Below, piece after piece: positions 31,856 to 38,237 of a stretch of 38,237 nucleotides of DNA. Made by a program: the position numbers and the translations under genes. Within the stretch, counting starts at the first letter, position 1, and each line of letters starts with the position of its first letter. The stretch is from Balamuthia mandrillaris. Lineage: Eukaryota. Where the stretch lies: positions 248,001 to 286,237 of the forward strand of contig JAVKOQ020000035.1 of the NCBI GenBank assembly GCA_031835245.2, given 5' to 3'. Below the pieces are notes generated by a model, which searched no databases, was not told where the DNA came from, and was given only the letters and a program-made list of their open reading frames with translations.

Positions 31856-33155
31856 ATGCAGCGCACTCGAGTTGTGCTAGGTGCCCTGGCATTACTGGTG
31901 CTGTGTAGCGTGACGGCGACGGTTGCACAAGGATTTAGTGCTTGGGCTTATGTGTTCAAGAATGACGATTTGGGGGGAGGGGCCAGAAGGTCTTTGGATG
32001 TTGGAGAGTTTCAGCGAGAAGCGGGTATCAAGCACGACTTCATGAAGGTCATACGTCAACAGAAACAACAGATGAATGAGTTACGCACTTTTGAAGCACA
32101 GCATAGAAATGACGATAACCTCGGCCAACAACTTCGCAATCTTGCCCCTCGGGTGGACCTGTTGGACCCCGAACCAGGTGAGTGAAATATCGTTTTCCCC
32201 ACACTTTTCTCAAAACGCCACGCGGTACCCTCGAGTGGTGGATGTTTCGTAGGCGGACGATCTTATAGTCCTCTGGCATCACGGCATCTATCAGCCTCCC
32301 GCCACCAGTCCTGATTAACATCATAGTCCGAATTTTCTCACATTCGTGAATATATTTCTATCAGGAACCTCCCAGGTAATAGGAAGTGGTATAGGTGGCT
32401 CCCTTCCACTTGCTGGATTCTCCTTCGATCTTGACTTTTCAAGACTGTACACCTTCGCGAGAGCGGGAGTATCACACAAAACCGTCGGACCCCTTGTCAT
32501 GTACAGGCGCCCGGATGAAGTCAGCCCTCTGTGGTTTGAAGGTGGGTTTTCTCTTTGGTTATTTATCGTTCTACCGCCTCTCATCTTATCTCCAATCATT
32601 GTAACAATCTTTTTTCAGCTGCTGCCAACACAGTTGTTGGAGACAGCTTGGAGCCCCCCACTTTCGAGCTTGTTTTATTTGTTCAGTCTTATGCTCAGCA
32701 AACTGCCCGGCTTCCTGTCACAGTGGTTCGCATGCGAAATGCAGTCGTTAAGCACTACACTGCTGATTATAGAGGTTTGGTCACATGTGGCTCTTCTTTT
32801 TCTCTTCTCCGCCCTAACCTCACTTCTTGCTGACCCTCATCCAACCATTATACTTTGTTATTGTTTATCATCCTGATCTGTTTTCCTTGATTGACACCGT
32901 TTCAAACTTGTTGTTACCCTTATAATGGCAGTCGTGGCGGATGCGCAGTCTCCAACTCCTAGATACATCGAGGCCATCACGTTTGATGGTCCTCTCTACG
33001 AATTTGGTTTCCTTGACACCATTGAAGGGTCATGCACTACCACAGCCTGCCCTCCAAACGCTCGGACCGCATTCAACTGCCCCTTTTTCGACGACTACCC
33101 CAGCCTCAGCTATGTTGATCTCCAAGTCCCTGAATGTGGACCTTCTCCTCCTTAA
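31856..33155 (+). CDS. Secreted 292-aa protein with apparent Hcp/TssD (T6SS tube protein)-like core; exons 31856-32177, 32365-32541, 32619-32774, 32932-33155
   Basis: Three phase-1 GT-AG introns give an open 879-nt CDS. Signal peptide MQRTRVVLGALALLVLCSVTATVA. Hcp-like segments: AYVFKNDDLGGGARRSLDV, GSLPLAGFSFDL, GPLVMYRRPDEVSPLWFEAAA, FELVLF, VTVVRMRNAVVKHYT, YIEAITFDGPLYEF. Confidence in the gene model is higher than in the Hcp assignment. Confidence 0.7.
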
Positions 33156-33299
33156 AATAAGCGAAGATTCCTTTGTCATGTCTCGTCTCTCGTTTGTATG
33201 CACTCTCTCTTACTTTGATTCACCCCATCCGGTCTTTATCTGGTTGTTTTGTAATGAGTAGATATAGAACATGAGCAGAGATGTGAGAGAGCGAGATTT

Positions 33300-34641
33300 T
33301 TAAAGTTTATTTTTGTTAGGACGTTGGATGGTGGCAACTATGACGCAAACATCATCTAGCTTACCCCCAAGATAGCGAAGGCCACGCATTTTGTAACAAT
33401 TTACACCGAAGGGCACCTCCACGTTTGGTTTCTTGGCAATAGCTTGGGCATTCTTTGCGAGCAGTTGGGCTATAGCTTCTTCGCTCATACCTTTTTGCTT
33501 TGCTTGGTTCACCAGATCTAAAATTTGCTTGTCAAACATGTTGTCGAAGAGTCCATCTGTACCCACAATGATAATGTCGCCCTCTTGCATTTCCAGTGTC
33601 GTCTCCACAGCCTTTCTTGGGGAGTCCCCATCAGAACCAAGCTGGTATGGGCAATTGAAGTCTTTACAAGAGGAGAGAGAGAAAGGAGAAAGAAAGAGCG
33701 GAAAATGATGAAGAGAGCAAGAACAAAGTGTTAAATGCTGTGGCAGCAAAAAAAAAAAAAAAAAAGAACGGGAAGAGATACAGTGCTGCTGCTCTTCTGA
33801 ACGGTGAATAATTTGGCTGTCCCGAATGACCATAAAGGAGGAATCGCCCAAATAGGAGGCGTTCAGCACACAATCATCCAACAGCAAAACTAGGGCAGTA
33901 CTTGAACCTGACGAGACAAATCATCCAACAGCAGCAGAGGTCAGGCGATAACACAAAAACAAACAAAAAAATGGCTTGGAGGACTGAAAAAAAAACCTGT
34001 AATGTGCTTGGTCTTCTGCAAAGCCATGTCAAGGATGTCGGTTGTGACTAGCGGTGATTTGTGTTGCTTTGCTTCCTCCTGGTGAAGTCGTTCTTTGCTC
34101 TCCATTAACATTTGTTTGACTTTAATATCAGCTGCTTTGTGTGCCTCTTCCATGAGCTTTCTGGAGAATAGGGCAGGATCGATGTTGTGAGTGGCCCACC
34201 CTCCTACCTGTTGGTTGGGATTAGTGGTTGTGCCGCATTTTAAAAAAAGAAGGGCCAAAATACCCCATCAGCGACGCCAAGACTTTTCTCAGTGTCAGAG
34301 ATGTAGTAAGCATCTTCTCCGCCTTTTTGTGCCTTATCAGGGTGAGGGAGGTTGTAGGCCGCTGCCCGGAAGTGAAAGTTGCAACCAACGCGCGCATGTT
34401 TGGTGGTGGTCTGGCCAGCGGCTCCACTTCCCACACCTCCGCCCGAGGCATGCGTTGTGGAGGCAAAACAACGCCGAGGTTGTAGTTGACACAACGTGTT
34501 GAAGCCCACTCTGAGGTGGGCAAGTGGCGCCCGCCGTTGTCCCGCAATCAGCTTGCAGGTCAGCCCACCACCTCTTGCGGCGGCAGTGGCGAGCAAGACG
34601 GGTCTATGGACGGAGAGATTGGAGCTCCAGCTCATCATCAT
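33300..34641 (-). CDS. PPTC7: PP2C-family phosphatase PTC7 homolog (mitochondrial-type), 4 exons
   Basis: Transit-peptide-like N-terminus, then LPHPDKAQKGGEDAYY..GVADG|VGGW..DPALFSRKLM, GSSTA..LGDSSFMVIR..SEEQQH|YFNCPYQLG, GDIIIVGTDGLFDN, GGKLDDVCVIVA. Confidence 0.93.
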
Positions 34642-34789
34642 CACTCTGGCACAGGCGTGGGTGGGTGGGTAGTTGCAAGAAGACAGAAAGTGAGGCTTCT
34701 CTCTTCCTATTAGGGTGAATAGTTGTTTGAGGCGGCTGGCTTGCTATATTTGGAAAAGTGCTTAGCTTGCTGCTCTTCCTGCTCATAAT

Positions 34790-35537
34790 GTTTATATATT
34801 TTTTTACAACTTTGCTTGCACTGTCTCATCTCTTGTTGTTATAATTCATCTCATTTGCTAGGAACCATGCTTTTCCTCAGTTCAACTTTTATGATTTGAA
34901 GATTTTGAACTCACTGACTACAATTTTCCCTTCAAGTTTCAGTTATAGAATATAATCCATCAGAATAATAATTACACCAGCCTTTATCTTCAGTATTTTT
35001 AATCCATCCTCTAAAGCACATGAGCTCTTTCCACCTTGATCTTCCTAGTGTTCTATGATATGATTCCTTAGTTAAAGCCATATTCCTTTAACCATTTTAT
35101 TCTATGGAGCTCTAGCTTTGTTGCTTATGAACAGCTAATAGTAGTTATAAGAAGTTTATAAATGTTTATCTGCTCTTTATTTGCTCTAAGAGCAACATCA
35201 AACCATATATAAAAAGTAAGCATTGTACATACTTAGTGTACTTTTACTGTTCTTACTCCTTCATCCTCAATCCCTTTTCAATTGTTTACTAAAACAAGTG
35301 AAAAGAGTTGAAAGCTTTTAGACTAGCTTTGCACTATTTGTATCCTCCTTTTTTCTCTATCTTTTTTTTTTACAATCTCCTTTGCTTTTTTTAGATTACT
35401 CCTAAGGATTGATGAAATGCTGACAATATCCACACTTTCAAATTGCTTTTACTGCCCATGATCTGTTTACAACTTTGCTTGCATTGTTTTATCTCTTGTG
35501 CTTTGTTGCATTTCTTTCACTTGACAAAAGCTTTGTA
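34790..35537. mobile_element. Decayed AT-rich, CpG-free repeat-like sequence (possibly the 3' remainder of the LINE relic or another TE)
   Basis: Abrupt compositional switch after the PPTC7 5' region, no CpG dinucleotides, no intact ORF, contiguous with the TE cluster. Confidence 0.4.
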
Positions 35538-35539
35538 TA

Positions 35540-36783
35540 AAGGGTGTCCAATAAATTTCAGTAATTTTCTTTTTCTTCTAAAAGAAAAAAGCAAAATGGA
35601 GAGTAAGTGTGAGGATGAGACCATGACAATCAAGTCTTTACTCAGGTGCAAGCATAGCTCTGGCAGCCCAACTGTAGTTGAGAAACTGTACCTAAAGGGC
35701 AAGAAGCACTTCGACTCAAAATTCAAACTTTATATCTTGATGATGGCCTCATAGCAGCACAGATCAGTCAGCACTTGAGTTGCCCTTCAACTATGGTCCA
35801 CAGATGGATTAACAGCATCAATAAACGTCCATTTACAAACGACAAACCAAGCTCAGGATGACCACAAAAACGTAACCCTTAAGTCTAAAAAAAGATGAAG
35901 AAGAAAACACAAGGAAAGTTCCCCTGCTTTACACACCTCAATTGATTGAAATCAGAGGAATTAAACATTAGCAAGAGCACCATTCATAATGAGCTCAGAG
36001 AAGGGGGAATAATACCACTCCAGCAAGTAAAACAGTAAACATTGACTCCACAATAAAAGCAACAAAGACTTCACTTTGCACAGGCCTACCTCTCTCACAA
36101 CTGAGAAGAAACTCTCATAACTGGCGAGAAACACTTCCCCTTGTTCAGTGCTCCTAACTGCAAAAACAATGTGGGATTATCCTGGTGTGGAGTATGTTTT
36201 TGAGCATGTGAAACACCCTTCTACTTACTGTGTCTAGGGAGGCATTTCCAGCTTTGGAGCCACCCCTCCTATCAGCTACAAAGGAAATGTCAAGACTGAA
36301 ACCTATGTGGACATACTGACCCACGCCCTGCCTAACATCAACAAAATGTTTGGTTTAACCATTTGATGTCTTCAACAAGATGGGGCCTCTGCTTATACAT
36401 CAAAGGCAAGTACAGAATTCATCCATCAAAACTTTGTGATGTTTATTCCCCCAGATGATTGGCCTTTGAACTCTCTAGACTTGTCTTTGATACAAAACCT
36501 CTGGGCCATCATCAGTGACAAAGTTCAAGCTCAGAACCCAAAGACACTCAAGGAACTGCAAGAAGCTATGAATGCTGCATGGGATGAAATTTCTTTGGCT
36601 CAGATAAAAAGGCTGGTTTCTTTCATCCCTTCTCATCTTCAATCATGTAATGAAAACAATGGGAGCTGGACGTATTAATACCTGACTGTTGTAGTTTTTT
36701 TTGCACTCTATTTTATTAAAAAAAGTTTACTTGAGGCTTAGTAACTTTTATTTAACATGTACCACAATTTTTTGAACACCCTT
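35540..36783 (+). mobile_element. Defective Tc1/mariner (IS630-Tc1-mariner) DNA transposon, about 1.24 kb, with TIRs and TA target duplication
   Basis: Left TA|AAGGGTGTCCAATAAATT and right AATTTTTTGAACACCCTT|TA (16/18 inverted match). Internal HTH-like remnant (AAQISQHLSCPSTMVHRWI..G*PQK) and DDE_3-type C-terminus QQDGASAYTSK..WPLNSLDLSLIQNLW..LKELQEAMNAAWDEI..NGSWTY. Multiple stops and frameshifts. Confidence 0.9.
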
Positions 36784-36785
36784 TA

Positions 36786-38237
36786 GTCATATGATTAGCT
36801 TTTTAACTTGTTCTTCATTTCAGTTGTTTATACTCTGGATATCAAAGTTATTTTCCCAAAGAGTTGAACATCTTAACAGGAGGTGTTCTACTGTTTCCTC
36901 CTCAGCATATAGAGCACATACTATCCTCTTCAGATTGTTGAACAATTCTCTAACTATGAGCAGCTGTATACCTTCCTTGGTGATTACTGAGCTATGTCCA
37001 ATTGAATACCTTTCACTAGTTTAGAAGTTCTACCACAGCTATGCTTTTATAAAATGTCTTCTTTCATTTTGTCTTTCTCTTTCCTGTCTTGGTTCTTTGC
37101 TTTGGTTCTAATAGTGATGTTAGCAGTTAGAGCCACATTTAGTCTTCTCTGAAGCTTAAAAGGATCGCTGGTCACCACTGCCAAATCATCTGCAAACAAC
37201 AAGCAAATATTTCCTTTTCCTCTGCCGTAGCTTTCTTGCCACCACATCAATCAATATACACATTGAACAAGAAGGGAGACAAAACTCCTCCTTGCTTAAC
37301 TCTTCTTTCTACCCGAAATTCCTCAGAGAGTTGCCCATTCACATGAATGACACTTGTCATCCCACAGTACAACTCTGCAATGATGCCCACTGCTGCCTCT
37401 TCTGCTTCTCTTTTGTGCAATGTCCTTGCCAGTATGTTATGGTCAAGCATGTCGTATGCCTTGCTGATATTCAACAGAGCAAATATAAGTGAATTCTTTG
37501 CTTCTCTTCATCAGGCATTTCTTCAACTGCCATACTTGATCCATGACTCCTCTTCCTTTTCTAAATCTGCCCTGGCAATCACTTATTCACCCATGCTCTC
37601 TTGCTTGTATGTTCAACTGCACCAAGATAGCTCCCTCAAACACCTTGGCTGCTTTGCATAGGAGGGTAATACCTCTACAGTATGCTGGGTTCTGGGGATC
37701 TCCTGCCTTATACAAGGGGATAACCATCCCGTGTTCCCACTCCTTGGTTCTCAATGGCCTTGATCAGTGTCCAAGTTGTGTTTTGCACATGTTTACCTCC
37801 ATACTTCATCATTTCCCCATCGATATTATCCACTTCAGCTGCTTTGCCCATCCTCAATCTTTTCTTCCATGCAAGATTAAAGCTCTTTTTCTTAAGCCAG
37901 TTGCTGCCAGACCAAGACAGTCCTTCTGGACCTGCTTCCTCTTGATGCAAGCTCCCAATGGAAGAATCCTTCCTTCCCAGCTTTGCCCAATGTTCCTTCA
38001 AGGCTGCCATGCTACCATGGTGCTTAATAACTGCTTTGGTCTCTGCTTTATGCTTTGCCACTATCCTCCACATGTTGCCAATCCATTTCTGCATTTCCTT
38101 GATGTTCTCTTGTCTCTTTCACTTCATCCAGTCCTTCTTTTCTTAATAAAGGAGGAACCCAGGTGAAGTATAGTATAACAAGTAGTTTTTGTTACTATAG
38201 TATCTATGTTAACAAAAACTAGGTTATAGATAATAGT
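36786..38237 (-). mobile_element. Degenerate non-LTR retrotransposon (LINE) ORF2: reverse transcriptase plus C-terminal zinc-knuckle remnant
   Basis: Fragments GKAAEVDNIDGEMMKYGG, NISKAYDMLDH, RVKQGGVLSPFLFNVYID and LLFADDLAVV (RT motifs), plus VCALYAEEETVEHLLLRC (CCHC-type, about 36866-36920). Frameshifted and stop-ridden. Confidence 0.88.

Noticed and set aside
32253..32364. Apparent in-frame TAA (about 32316) upstream of exon 2 of the Hcp-like gene, suggesting readthrough or a pseudogene
   Set aside because: A phase-compatible acceptor TTTCTATCAG at 32364 places this whole stretch in intron 1, leaving an open CDS.
1..38237. tRNA, rRNA, CRISPR arrays, or other T6SS/phage-tail genes (VgrG, PAAR, sheath)
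   Set aside because: No recognisable signatures found by eye on either strand.

Overview
Eukaryotic, gene-dense, intron-rich genomic DNA. Introns are short GT-AG (GTACG/GTTCG-type donors, many (CT)n/(GA)n tracts), which fits an Acanthamoeba/Balamuthia-like amoebozoan (inference). About 14 protein-coding genes fill 1-34.7 kb: an EXS-family gene 3' end, a small TM protein with a partial duplicate, an RGS-C2 protein, an STE20 kinase-RA-RasGAP fusion, WDR7, an SH3-PH-LRR protein, a METTL21-like methyltransferase, DPE2, a CxxC-less thioredoxin-like protein, two ankyrin proteins, SNF8/VPS22, a secreted orphan and PPTC7. The last 3.5 kb is CpG-depleted transposon debris: a Tc1/mariner element next to a LINE relic. 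The most striking observation is the 4-exon gene at 31856-33155. Once spliced, it reads like a bacterial type VI secretion tube protein (Hcp/TssD) that has gained a signal peptide, introns and a Cys-rich tail. All family calls come from manual motif recognition, not database searches.
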